A DNA stretch of 64,000 nt from a virus (IMGVR_UViG_3300006467_000282:18032-82031); one strand, 5' to 3'; numbered from the stretch's first letter, positions 46,371 through 55,822 are shown. Made by a program: numbers and translations. Notes: generated from the letters alone by a model not told the origin.

Positions 46371-46748
46371 ATGAATAGAAAGCAATTTATAAAATCACAG
46401 GGCGGTACTTGTGCAAACTGGACTTGGAGTTGGTCCTTTATTAATGAAGAAGCAGAAATCATCATTTTTGGAGTATGGGATATTTATGAGGATTTAGGTA
46501 AAACCATGATTTTTTCCGAAGAATGGAAAACAAATAATAAAGGTAGAAAGCAAAAAGGTTACGATGAAACAAAAGAGCATTTGAGGCTTATTGAGGAAGA
46601 AGGATATATTCTTAAAGTATTTAAAATGGAATATAGTAACATTGATCCTGATGACGAAACATCAAGAGCTAAAATAAAGAGCTTTGATCCTGTATTATAT
46701 CGTAAAACTCTTATTAAAATAGATGAAAATTATTATGCTGTAAATTGA
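46371..46748 (+). CDS. Hypothetical protein (NWTWSWSFIN motif)
   Basis: AAGGAG RBS. Confidence 0.7.
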   Translation: MNRKQFIKSQGGTCANWTWSWSFINEEAEIIIFGVWDIYEDLGKTMIFSEEWKTNNKGRKQKGYDETKEHLRLIEEEGYILKVFKMEYSNIDPDDETSRAKIKSFDPVLYRKTLIKIDENYYAVN

Positions 46749-46816
46749 AAAAAGTTAAAAAAAGATGCGAAAAGGGGTTTACAAAATAATTATTATGGGT
46801 TATAGTACTTATAACG
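46748..46816 (+). promoter_or_regulatory. Repeated early promoter copy 3
   Basis: -35 at 46778, -10 TATAGT at 46801. Confidence 0.85.
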
Positions 46817-46840
46817 ATAACACATAACAGGAGATCAAAT

Positions 46841-47029
46841 ATGTCACAGGCAGAAAAAATAATATACGGAAATGATGGAGAATTAATTGCAGCCAAGGGT
46901 AATCTAATAACTGTATACTCACAAAAAAATATTACTATAATTTCTGAAAAACTTTTAAAAGCTTATCCAGGCAGCACAATAGAATCAGAATATAGAAAAG
47001 AAGCCGTAATACAGCTTGTGATATCTTAG
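46841..47029 (+). CDS. Hypothetical protein
   Basis: AGGAG RBS. Confidence 0.7.
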   Translation: MSQAEKIIYGNDGELIAAKGNLITVYSQKNITIISEKLLKAYPGSTIESEYRKEAVIQLVIS

Positions 47030-47055
47030 TTACTAATTTAAGTAAGGAGATCCGA

Positions 47056-47313
47056 ATGAATCCAAAAATATTAGGATATAACAAAAGAAGACAGAATGAA
47101 AATAATAGAAGAGTTGTTCAAGTACCAAGAAGAGTAACTCAATGTGGATCTTGTATTATTCGTCAAAAGATTTCTGAAACAAAGTATGCTTGTACAATGG
47201 GGCAAGATATGGAAAGCTCAAAGATTTGTAACTATTGTAGAGATAAAATAGAAGGAATGGGTGATACTCAGTCCCCAGATTTGATGGGAGATTGGCACGG
47301 AATAAACGAATAG
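47056..47313 (+). CDS. Cys-containing hypothetical protein
   Basis: CGSC...C...CNYC. Confidence 0.6.
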   Translation: MNPKILGYNKRRQNENNRRVVQVPRRVTQCGSCIIRQKISETKYACTMGQDMESSKICNYCRDKIEGMGDTQSPDLMGDWHGINE

Positions 47314-47322
47314 GAGATATGT

Positions 47323-47595
47323 ATGATAAAAATAAATGAGATCAAAGAAACAACAGCAAAGCTTTATAATGGGGAAGATCTTGTTGGAGAAATTACTTCC
47401 TATGTTCAATTAACTGATGTCCGAATTCAGATAAAGGAAAAGGAAGTTAGTGGATACCATATCCTTTGGAAAAATCAAATGATTCTTATTGATAAATATG
47501 GAAAGCTCGATAATTGGCCTAAAGGGTTTTTTGATATTGTAGATGAACAATTGGATAAATTAATAGACTGGGGGAGCTCAAATGCAAAAAGTTAA
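47323..47595 (+). CDS. Hypothetical protein
   Basis: AGGAG RBS. Confidence 0.7.
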   Translation: MIKINEIKETTAKLYNGEDLVGEITSYVQLTDVRIQIKEKEVSGYHILWKNQMILIDKYGKLDNWPKGFFDIVDEQLDKLIDWGSSNAKS

Positions 47596-48196
47596 TATTC
47601 CAGAAGGTAAAAGTGGTGATTGGGAAGTTGAGAAATTTACCATCAGTAAAAAAGAAGCTCGCATGTCGGTATTTAACTATGGTCACCGCATGCCATCAGC
47701 TGGAACTTATACACGGCTGATGGAAAAACGTCATACTATTATGTCTGATACTGGAGCAGAGCAACGTGATCATCGAGAACCTGTCAGGGAAGCTAAAGAC
47801 CATATATTGATAAATGGTTTAGGAATCGGTATGGTTTTAATGAATTGCATGCTCAAACCTGAAGTTACTAAAGCAACTGTAATCGAACTATCTGAGGATG
47901 TTATAAACCTGGTTGGTCCGGTCTATAAAGAAATATATGGGGATCGTTTGGAAATTATTCAAGCAAATGCTCTTGACTGGAAACCACCAAAAGGTATTCG
48001 CTATGGAATGGTTTGGCATGACATTTGGCCAGAGATTTCAATGTGTAATCATCCAGAAATGAAACGTCTTCATTTAAGATATGGGCGTCGGGCAGATTGG
48101 CAAGGATCTTGGTGCAGAGCAGAAGTAAATAATATGGTTCGCCAGGATAAATACGAAGAAAAACAACGGCAAATGTTTGAAAATCTTTTTAAATAG
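47582..48196 (+). CDS. Class I SAM-dependent transferase, spermidine-synthase-like
   Basis: ILINGLGIG, VIELSEDV, ANALDW, WHDIW. Confidence 0.7.
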   Translation: MQKVNIPEGKSGDWEVEKFTISKKEARMSVFNYGHRMPSAGTYTRLMEKRHTIMSDTGAEQRDHREPVREAKDHILINGLGIGMVLMNCMLKPEVTKATVIELSEDVINLVGPVYKEIYGDRLEIIQANALDWKPPKGIRYGMVWHDIWPEISMCNHPEMKRLHLRYGRRADWQGSWCRAEVNNMVRQDKYEEKQRQMFENLFK

Positions 48197-48205
48197 GAGA
48201 AGCTA

Positions 48206-48442
48206 ATGCCGAAATTAAAGATAATAAAACTTAAAAACGGAAAATATATTGTCAGACAGTTTGTCCCGGAACGGAAGTATTTGTATTTCTTCACAAAATC
48301 TGCCCATTGGAAAGGTATTCTATTTTCCATGTGGACGAATAATGAAATAGAATTTAAATCGTTTGATGCAGCATTAAGCTGTGCAAAGCAATATATGAAA
48401 GAACCATTTAAACTTTTACCGATGGAGGGGGAAGATGCATAA
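48206..48442 (+). CDS. Hypothetical protein
   Basis: AGGAG RBS. Confidence 0.6.
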   Translation: MPKLKIIKLKNGKYIVRQFVPERKYLYFFTKSAHWKGILFSMWTNNEIEFKSFDAALSCAKQYMKEPFKLLPMEGEDA

Positions 48443-48629
48443 AACAGATATTGAAATAGTAACTTTTAAAAGGAAACTATATAGCAAAAATTGTCCGTTC
48501 AATATTAATTATACTGACCCGATATCTGAAATCCAGCATATTAGAAAAGTTGGTAGTACTCTTTGTAGAGAATGCGATTATTTTGAAAAAGTAGAAGGTA
48601 GTACTGTTCATTGCAGGGAGGTAGAATAA
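48435..48629 (+). CDS. Small Cys-containing protein
   Basis: KVGSTLCRECDYF. Confidence 0.6.
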   Translation: MHKTDIEIVTFKRKLYSKNCPFNINYTDPISEIQHIRKVGSTLCRECDYFEKVEGSTVHCREVE

Positions 48630-48829
48630 TGTCGAATATTATTACGAGTTTGATATGTTCTATTGCAATATATATTGTGATGTCACGCGAGACTACCTTT
48701 AATGTAAGTCCTATATTTTTCTTAATCATTTGTTTTTGTTTTTGTCATACAATCAACTCAATTGGATATTCATTTACGAAATGGATTACTAATAAAATTA
48801 AACAAAGGAGGATTAAATGGAAAAATTAA
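48629..48829 (+). CDS. Small membrane protein
   Basis: GGAGG RBS; start reset from 48611. Confidence 0.55.
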   Translation: MSNIITSLICSIAIYIVMSRETTFNVSPIFFLIICFCFCHTINSIGYSFTKWITNKIKQRRIKWKN

Positions 48830-48969
48830 CAGTAACAATCACATTACATGGAATACCTGCTGATGAATATGAAGATATAATAAGCGATATTGACTCAGAC
48901 ATTCAATCAATGGCGAGTGAAACCCCTGGCATGTCGGTTGATATCGGCATTGCAGAACCAGATTATTAG
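48817..48969 (+). CDS. Acidic 50-aa protein
   Basis: AAGGAGG RBS; MEKLTVTITLHGIPADEY...; not in the track. Confidence 0.6.
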   Translation: MEKLTVTITLHGIPADEYEDIISDIDSDIQSMASETPGMSVDIGIAEPDY

Positions 48970-48977
48970 GAGGTAAA

Positions 48978-49358
48978 ATGCTAGATAATAGTAAAGTAAA
49001 ACCAACTGAATGGATGGATCAAATTGATGAAGCTGTGAATAAAAATGTAATCGAGGGTTTAGCAATAGTCGCTTATCAAATGACAAATGCTATTAGCATT
49101 TTGCAAACTGATCTGGAAATCAAGCAACTTACTCCGATTGAAGCCACAAAAAAAGAAATTGAATTAGCAACAAAGGATAAGTTGTTCATAACTGAGATTC
49201 TAAATGACCTTTATAGAAATGGTTTTCAAAGGGTTGGAAAAGCAGAAACGATGCTGAAGGACTGGTCAAGAGAATTGAAACGATCAGCTATAAAGAAGTT
49301 TCCAGCATCGCGACTTAAAAGATATTTCTATAAAATAGTCGGAAAGGAGCAATGGTAA
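48978..49358 (+). CDS. Hypothetical protein
   Basis: AGGAGG RBS. Confidence 0.7.
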   Translation: MLDNSKVKPTEWMDQIDEAVNKNVIEGLAIVAYQMTNAISILQTDLEIKQLTPIEATKKEIELATKDKLFITEILNDLYRNGFQRVGKAETMLKDWSRELKRSAIKKFPASRLKRYFYKIVGKEQW

Positions 49359-49822
49359 TGTCAGGTGATCTTAAGTATAAGGAAATGTTTTTTAATTTAA
49401 TTGTCGAGTATGATTTAAAATATAATATCCCGACAGTTAGTCATCCCGATTTAGGTGGGATTAATTTTTCATATATGGATAGTCCAAAAAGAGATTATGA
49501 GCGACTGAAAGAATGGTGTGGGGGTATACCAAAAGATGATAATGATGATATAAACCTTCGGTTAGTTATCCAGAAATCAGATAATAGTTATTTATATCAG
49601 AATCTTTTTGTAAAAGCAGCAAAGATTCTTATTGATGGTGGACAATTTAAACTCGACGATTTTAAATATTCTAATGGTTGGTCACAATCAATTACTGAAG
49701 ATGATTGCTATTATATTTATCCGAGAGATTATGCGCATGCAACATTTGAGAAAAAGTATTATTTAAATATTAAAACCAAAAAGTTATATAATATCACAGA
49801 ACGCACAGAGTATAAACTATAA
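49352..49822 (+). CDS. Hypothetical protein
   Basis: AAGGAG RBS. Confidence 0.65.
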   Translation: MVMSGDLKYKEMFFNLIVEYDLKYNIPTVSHPDLGGINFSYMDSPKRDYERLKEWCGGIPKDDNDDINLRLVIQKSDNSYLYQNLFVKAAKILIDGGQFKLDDFKYSNGWSQSITEDDCYYIYPRDYAHATFEKKYYLNIKTKKLYNITERTEYKL

Positions 49823-49842
49823 TAATAGAAAAGGAGAAAAAG

Positions 49843-51846
49843 GTGGAATTCAAAGATTTTAAACGGGGAGTTAAAAATCAAATGAAGGAAATGACTAAGG
49901 GGGAAATGTTTAAGACAAATATTTCTAAATCGGAATTATGGGAAACTTATTTGGAAAGTTTTCCTGAAGGTACTAATGAGATCTTTCAAGAAAGAAGAGA
50001 ATATGACTGCCAAGCTTGCAAGCAATTTATTAAAGGTTGCGGAAATGCCGTCTCAATTGTTGATAGTTGTCTTATATCAATTTGGGATATAGAAATTGGC
50101 GGGCATTATCAAGTAGTTGCAGATGCACTTTCTGCCCTCGTAAAATCTCAACCAATCCGAGATAGGTTTTATCACTTCCAGCAAGAAGTCGGAATTGATA
50201 ATAACCATTCCCTGGTTGACGGGGAACCTATTACTTGGGAGCATTTTCATTACTCGCTTCCATTAAAATTTGTTATGCCAGATTCAGGAACAGCTCTATC
50301 ACATGCCAGGAGTAATCAGCAAGTATTTAAAAGAAGTTTAGAGGAAATTTCTTTAGATGCAGCTGATACTGTTCTGGAATTGATTGAGCAAGGTTCACTA
50401 TACCGTGGTGATGAACATAAAAATGTAGTTACACTTTTTGTTCATCATAAAACACAGTTTAATAGTATTCCAGAAGATGAACGAGATAACTACTGCTGGG
50501 AAGTTTCTACAGTACTTGGCGGAGCTTCAAAGATCAAAAACACTGTAATGGGTACTTTGCTCGTTGATATTTCAAACAATGTTGGTCTTGATGCATCAGT
50601 GAGGATGTTTGAATCAAAAGTTGCTCCCACTAATTACAAAAGACCTTCAGCTATTGTTACAAAAAGTATGATTGAAAATGCTGAAAAATTTGTAACTGCA
50701 CTGGGAATTGGAAATTCTTTACCTCGACGTTATGCAGTAACTGAAGATATTACTATCACTAATGTTAAGTTTGCAAATCGTGAAGCAAAAAAAGCAATGA
50801 GTGTTTTTGATGAAATGAAAGAATCAGCTCCAGTTAATATTAAGAATCTCGATAAAGTTGATGAGGTTGATATAGAAACTTTCCTGAATGACATTCTACC
50901 TAAGGTTAATAATGTAGAATTAATGGTGGAAAACAAACATCAAGATAATCTAATGAGCTTAATAGCTCCAATAAATGACGATTCCAAAAATATCTTTAAA
51001 TGGGATAATAATTTTTCCTGGGCATATAAAGGTGAAGTTGCTGATTCATTAAAAGCTCGAGTCAAAAAAGCAGGTGGTAATGTTGATGGAGTTTTGAGAT
51101 TCAGTATTCAATGGAATGATGGTGATAATAATCAGAATGATTTTGATGCTCATTGTATTGAACCTAATGGAAATTTAATCCATTATCCATTACAAAAAAT
51201 AGTTCAGCCCTCATCTGGTATTCTGGACGTTGATATTGTCCATCCTGATAAGAAAGTTGCAGTTGAAAATATTACCTGGTCAAATATTAACAAGATGCAA
51301 GAGGGTGAGTATAGGTTTCTTGTCCATAATTATAATCATTGTGGGGGAAAGACCGGGTTTTCAGCTGAGATTGAATATGGTGGGAAAATTTATTCCTATG
51401 TATATGATAAAGAATTAAGGCATAATGAGAAAGTTATTGTTGCTGATATTGAATTTTCAAAAGAAAAAGGGATTAAATTTCTGCATTCATTGCCAACAAC
51501 AACATCTTCAAAAGAAGTATGGGGGATTAATACTCATACTTTCAGTAAGGTTTCAATGATCATGAATTCTCCAAATCATTGGGATGGAAAAACAACTGGT
51601 AATAAGCATCACTTTTTTATCCTGGAAGATTGTTTGAATCCGGATAAAGCCAGGGGATTCTTTAATGAATTTCTAAAAGAGGATCTTACAGAACATCGAA
51701 AAGTTTTTGAAGTTCTTGGATCTAAAATGAAGGTAGAAAGAACTGATAATCAGTTAAGCGGTATTGGATTTTCTTCAACGCAGAGAAATAGTGTACTTTG
51801 TAAACTTGAGGGGAGTTTTTCACGTATAATTAAAATTAATTTTTAG
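49843..51846 (+). CDS. Large conserved phage protein (667 aa) with a YfaP/DUF2135-like segment
   Basis: EYDCQACKQF; LRFSIQW...DFDAHCIEPNG; LDVD...VAVENITW; SPNHWD...GNKHHFF. Confidence 0.6.
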   Translation: MEFKDFKRGVKNQMKEMTKGEMFKTNISKSELWETYLESFPEGTNEIFQERREYDCQACKQFIKGCGNAVSIVDSCLISIWDIEIGGHYQVVADALSALVKSQPIRDRFYHFQQEVGIDNNHSLVDGEPITWEHFHYSLPLKFVMPDSGTALSHARSNQQVFKRSLEEISLDAADTVLELIEQGSLYRGDEHKNVVTLFVHHKTQFNSIPEDERDNYCWEVSTVLGGASKIKNTVMGTLLVDISNNVGLDASVRMFESKVAPTNYKRPSAIVTKSMIENAEKFVTALGIGNSLPRRYAVTEDITITNVKFANREAKKAMSVFDEMKESAPVNIKNLDKVDEVDIETFLNDILPKVNNVELMVENKHQDNLMSLIAPINDDSKNIFKWDNNFSWAYKGEVADSLKARVKKAGGNVDGVLRFSIQWNDGDNNQNDFDAHCIEPNGNLIHYPLQKIVQPSSGILDVDIVHPDKKVAVENITWSNINKMQEGEYRFLVHNYNHCGGKTGFSAEIEYGGKIYSYVYDKELRHNEKVIVADIEFSKEKGIKFLHSLPTTTSSKEVWGINTHTFSKVSMIMNSPNHWDGKTTGNKHHFFILEDCLNPDKARGFFNEFLKEDLTEHRKVFEVLGSKMKVERTDNQLSGIGFSSTQRNSVLCKLEGSFSRIIKINF

Positions 51847-51855
51847 GAGGTAGTT

Positions 51856-52242
51856 ATGTTCGAAAAAGCGGCAAGATTAAAAGTAAGATTTGGAACAGAA
51901 GTTGGTAATGTGGCAGCGGAAGATTTATGGGATATGCCATTGCTAAGTCAAAATGGGGTGTGTCTGGATAATGTTGCAAAATTTATTAACAAAGCTTTGA
52001 AAGAAAGCAGTGAAGAAAGTTTTGTTACAGTAAAAAATCCAGTAAATAAACTTCTCGAACTGAAACTTGATATTGTAAAACACATTATCAAAGTAAAATT
52101 GGACGAGAGAAAAACTGCTAAAGATGTATTGCTTAAAAAGCAGCAGAAAGAAAAGATTCTTGCTATTATTTCTGATAAAGAAGACGAATCTTTAAAAGGT
52201 ATGGACGTTGAAGACCTTAAAAAGATGGTAGCTGATTTATAA
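51856..52242 (+). CDS. Conserved partner of the 667-aa protein
   Basis: MFEKAARLKVRF...AEDLWDMPL...KLDIVKHIIKVK. Confidence 0.7.
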   Translation: MFEKAARLKVRFGTEVGNVAAEDLWDMPLLSQNGVCLDNVAKFINKALKESSEESFVTVKNPVNKLLELKLDIVKHIIKVKLDERKTAKDVLLKKQQKEKILAIISDKEDESLKGMDVEDLKKMVADL

Positions 52243-52257
52243 GAATTGAGTATTATT

Positions 52258-52289
52258 AAAACTCACGATTTAATCGTCGTGAGTTTTTG
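52258..52289 (+). terminator. Intrinsic terminator AAAACTCACGA...TCGTGAGTTTTT
   Basis: 11-bp stem plus T-run. Confidence 0.8.
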
Positions 52290-52303
52290 TAAATACTTTA
52301 TTT

Positions 52304-52362
52304 AAAAAAGTTCATTTAGGGGGTTTACATAAATATTATTTTGTATTATAGTACTTACATGA
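52304..52362 (+). promoter_or_regulatory. Repeated early promoter copy 4
   Basis: -35 at 52324, -10 TATAGT at 52347. Confidence 0.85.
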
Positions 52363-52391
52363 TTAAGACAAATACAAAAAAGGAGATCAAA

Positions 52392-52757
52392 ATGGAAAAC
52401 GAAATAAGCTCAAAAGCAATGGATAAAATTCGAGAAACAATTCAGACTGAACTTTTGAAAAGAGGTTTTACAGCTCAGATTAAACATTTTTGCCAAACAA
52501 ACGACGGTAAACATATTCAATTTGAAACTGAGCCTTTCCAGACAGTTCCTGTTCTTTTTAAAAGTATTCAGATCAGTCAGTTCAGTACAAGCGTATCTGT
52601 AGACAAAGAAGAAGAGGAAGGGTTTAATATTTTAAAAGTGTGGGTTCAAGTTAGTGCTCGTTATGAAAATTTTGATTGTGGCAGCAATGGAACTCATCTT
52701 TTTACATTAAATTGTAATTCATATAAAGATGATGCTTATAGATTTGTAATTAGATAA
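52392..52757 (+). CDS. Hypothetical early protein
   Basis: AAGGAG RBS; start reset from 52341. Confidence 0.7.
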   Translation: MENEISSKAMDKIRETIQTELLKRGFTAQIKHFCQTNDGKHIQFETEPFQTVPVLFKSIQISQFSTSVSVDKEEEEGFNILKVWVQVSARYENFDCGSNGTHLFTLNCNSYKDDAYRFVIR

Positions 52758-52781
52758 TTAATCAATAATAAAGGAAAAACC

Positions 52782-53000
52782 ATGGAAAACCCATCATTCT
52801 CAGTAAGATTACCGGAAAAAGAAATTGAATGTGAAAGTATAGCTGAAGTACAGCAAATTCTTAATCTTGCAACAGACAAGTTCGAAATGGAACCCGAAGA
52901 TATTGAAGTTGATATTTATGAAGGTCCTGGAGTTATGGCAGAGACAATAACAGCAGATGAGTTATTTGAGCGATGGCGGATGGACGGGAAAATTCTCTAA
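52782..53000 (+). CDS. Acidic hypothetical protein
   Basis: AAGGA RBS. Confidence 0.65.
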   Translation: MENPSFSVRLPEKEIECESIAEVQQILNLATDKFEMEPEDIEVDIYEGPGVMAETITADELFERWRMDGKIL

Positions 53001-53005
53001 TGATG

Positions 53006-53034
53006 TTTACAAAACAATTATTCTGTAATAGAGT
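53006..53034 (+). promoter_or_regulatory. Promoter TTTACA-N17-TAGAGT
   Basis: Direct reading; overlaps a GC-rich hairpin at 53032-53059. Confidence 0.55.
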
Positions 53035-53080
53035 GCGAGTGAGCAATAACGCTCGCACTAATTCTTATAAGGAGAATAAG

Positions 53081-53941
53081 ATGAAGAAAATTGTTTTGTT
53101 TTTAGCAGTAGCATTTATTATTGGATCGGCATTTCCGGCATATTGCGGTGGTTATGGTGGTAATGATCAGGATCAGCAGCAGCAGCAAGGTCAGCAACAA
53201 GGGCAGCAGCAGGGGCAGGAACAGGAACAAGAGCAAATCCAGGGTCAGCAACAAGGGCAAATTCTCAATAATGATAATAGTATTAGTAATCTTGTTGGTG
53301 TTGGAGTTCTGACAGCTGTTGATGCAAGTAACGAAATCAATATTGAAGGTGATCCGCTTCAGTATTTAAATGCACAGAATATGACGTTTCCTGATATGGT
53401 GAGCTTTACTGAGAAGTATAGAAGAACTCGTCAATATACGAATATCAAAACATTACTCAGAACAGGGAATAACAGATCTTCTGAAGTATTTACCAGAGAT
53501 AATGGTAAATATATGATGAGAGATAAAAGACTGGGTAGACGTAATCATATTCGTCCTATGTTTAAAAAAGATACATATACTGCTACTGACAAAGTAACCG
53601 TGTTCATGGAAAATGAACTGATTCTCTCCTGTGAAACAGACGAAGAAATTATTATTGTTGGATTTGGACCTGTCAGTGCTAAAGGTAAAAACAATAATAC
53701 AGCTGATATTTTAGGAGATATTATTGATGACTCCTGTAAGAATGGTGCTACTCATGTAGGTATTGTACGTCAAGGAGCTGATAGAAGACTTGGTGGTCCT
53801 GGTATTAATATTGGTGGTGGACATGCAGAAGCTACTCCAAACTCAACTGGACAGGGACTATTGCAGATCCAATTCTCTGACCGTGGTTATACTACCAAAC
53901 CATTTGTATGGGTGATTCAGTACAGAGTACAGGAAAAGTAA
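53081..53941 (+). CDS. Secreted protein with a Gln/Gly-rich repeat
   Basis: AAGGAG RBS; signal peptide MKKIVLFLAVAFIIGSAFPA; QQQQQGQQQGQQQGQEQEQ. Confidence 0.75.
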   Translation: MKKIVLFLAVAFIIGSAFPAYCGGYGGNDQDQQQQQGQQQGQQQGQEQEQEQIQGQQQGQILNNDNSISNLVGVGVLTAVDASNEINIEGDPLQYLNAQNMTFPDMVSFTEKYRRTRQYTNIKTLLRTGNNRSSEVFTRDNGKYMMRDKRLGRRNHIRPMFKKDTYTATDKVTVFMENELILSCETDEEIIIVGFGPVSAKGKNNNTADILGDIIDDSCKNGATHVGIVRQGADRRLGGPGINIGGGHAEATPNSTGQGLLQIQFSDRGYTTKPFVWVIQYRVQEK

Positions 53942-53945
53942 CAAA

Positions 53946-54027
53946 TTAGGGATTAGTAAACCGTCATTCGCTGGGCGTTGAACCGGTTGCAAACGGAGCG
54001 GAGAATATCAACGTATCTAATCCCTAA
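53946..54027 (+). ncRNA. Candidate structured RNA element closed by an 11-bp stem
   Basis: TTAGGGATTAG/CTAATCCCTAA enclosing a CGTTGA/TCAACG stem and an inner GCAA-loop hairpin. Confidence 0.4.
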
Positions 54028-54051
54028 AAACAAAAAAAGGCAGAGGAAATT

Positions 54052-54483
54052 ATGACACTTATAGCGAATGAGTGTAGTTCAACAAAAATCTTTATAATTG
54101 GTGACTCGAAGACAATCAATATTGATTTTGCAGCACTTGAACTAAAAGTATTAGCTTCACATCTTGCAGTTGCTTTCAGTGGACTTGAAATTCCTACAAA
54201 GGAATTAACACGCGCTTTTCAAGCATTTGAAGAAGTACATATTGAACCAATATTACCTATTGCAGAATTAGCATTAGAATTAAAAAGTCATGTCCGTGAT
54301 TATTGGCCAATGGATTTTGATTTATTCCCCGACAAATTAAAAGAATATGCAGCTGATTATTTTTATCCCCAAAAATCTCCTAAGAAACTACATGCAAAAA
54401 ACAAAACAATTAATATAAAACCAATAGTTATAAACAGACAACCGATCTCACGCTCAGGATTTAAGCGAGGTCAAAGGAGGTAG
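54052..54483 (+). CDS. Hypothetical protein
   Basis: GAGG RBS. Confidence 0.6.
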   Translation: MTLIANECSSTKIFIIGDSKTINIDFAALELKVLASHLAVAFSGLEIPTKELTRAFQAFEEVHIEPILPIAELALELKSHVRDYWPMDFDLFPDKLKEYAADYFYPQKSPKKLHAKNKTINIKPIVINRQPISRSGFKRGQRR

Positions 54484-54485
54484 TT

Positions 54486-54953
54486 ATGCCATTATTAGAA
54501 GATGATAAATTTATCGTTATTAACAAAAAGCATTTAAAAAGTAAGTTTGAAGGAGATGTCGAAGATTTAGATTGTGCAATTGAGAAGTTACAGTTACCGG
54601 ATAACAAGTATTTTGTATGCAACCAGGATGAAGAATATGCTCAGACGATCATAGGAATAATCCTGGCAGGCGAAAAGAAAAAAGAATTGTCGGATGAAAC
54701 TTACAAACGATTGAATAAAGAAGCGAGGGAAAAGTTATTATCTACTGGTCGTAAGGATATCACTGGTAAGATTATTCGTGAAGGAGATGTTATCGAAGGT
54801 ACACTTGACGATAATTATTCGTTACCAACAAGAGGAACAGTTGTTTATTTTGAAAAAGACTGTGCTTTTTGTAACAAAAATGATGCAGGTCTTACCCTAC
54901 TAATGAAAATAACTGATATTGAAATCGTTGAGGAAGCTCCGATATGCATATAG
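54486..54953 (+). CDS. YopX-like domain-containing protein
   Basis: TGRKDITGKIIREGDVI. Confidence 0.7.
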   Translation: MPLLEDDKFIVINKKHLKSKFEGDVEDLDCAIEKLQLPDNKYFVCNQDEEYAQTIIGIILAGEKKKELSDETYKRLNKEAREKLLSTGRKDITGKIIREGDVIEGTLDDNYSLPTRGTVVYFEKDCAFCNKNDAGLTLLMKITDIEIVEEAPICI

Positions 54954-55222
54954 AAGATATAGAGATATTTCGGAAAGTAAAGGGCAAATGGAAAGGTCCT
55001 GATGGGCAATGGTTTGATGAATTAGAAGGAGTTTCCCTTTATTCAAAAGTTGCTATATTCGAATGTGGTGAATTAGCAATGGAATTAAATCAAACAGATT
55101 ATTCAAAAGCTCAATTAATTGAACTAATTCAGGAATGCACTCGTCATTACGAAATGGGCAAGCAAGTCGGTCAGATGCAGAAAATAAATGAAATTAAAAA
55201 AGTATTGGAGATTAAAACATGA
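54944..55222 (+). CDS. Hypothetical protein
   Basis: In operon. Confidence 0.6.
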   Translation: MHIEDIEIFRKVKGKWKGPDGQWFDELEGVSLYSKVAIFECGELAMELNQTDYSKAQLIELIQECTRHYEMGKQVGQMQKINEIKKVLEIKT

Positions 55223-55407
55223 AAAAACTGCTCAAACGAATATTTAAGTTTATTGTCTGTGATAGATGGATAGTAGTTCGGAGTAAATGGCCGTATCCTG
55301 CTGGATATGCAACATATAATCCCTATAAAAAAACGTACCTTGATTTTGTCAAGAATAAATCATATGCAAAACAAATATGTGAGGAGTTAAACAATGACTC
55401 TGTATAA
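55219..55407 (+). CDS. Hypothetical protein
   Basis: GGAG RBS. Confidence 0.6.
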   Translation: MKKLLKRIFKFIVCDRWIVVRSKWPYPAGYATYNPYKKTYLDFVKNKSYAKQICEELNNDSV

Positions 55408-55822
55408 TATGGTAAATGGCGTAAATGAAACGTGTGTATTTTTTATTTTACCAATGCTCGATAAACATCCAGAGAGTTATCCACGATTCAGGGATTGCTT
55501 CTTGAATGATGATGAACATCCCGAATACGATAATCATATCCATATTTATACGAGAGTTGGGGGTAATAATCGTGGATGTGACTATGGTGAAGAAGAACTT
55601 ATGAAGCATCCAAACTTTGTTGCTACTTTAGATGATTCATTTGATAATACATATGCAAGTTATATATTTTCAGTTCCAGATGAATGGAAAAAAGATTTTG
55701 ATAAAATCATGGAGGGTAAAGTTGCAGATATTTCTGATGAATATAAGAATCAAATACGCAAAATTTATCCTAAGCTCGAGGAACAATGGGATGAACTTTG
55801 GGGGGAGGATAATTCTAAATGA
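55394..55822 (+). CDS. Conserved phage protein
   Basis: PRFRDCF...IYTRVGGNNR...DDSFDNTYA. Confidence 0.7.
   Translation: MTLYNMVNGVNETCVFFILPMLDKHPESYPRFRDCFLNDDEHPEYDNHIHIYTRVGGNNRGCDYGEEELMKHPNFVATLDDSFDNTYASYIFSVPDEWKKDFDKIMEGKVADISDEYKNQIRKIYPKLEEQWDELWGEDNSK

Noticed and set aside
53946-54027. Pistol ribozyme or c-di-GMP-I riboswitch
   Set aside because: It shares words (TTAGGG, CCCTAA, GCGTTGA, GCAAA), but their order and pairing do not match those consensus structures as I recall them.
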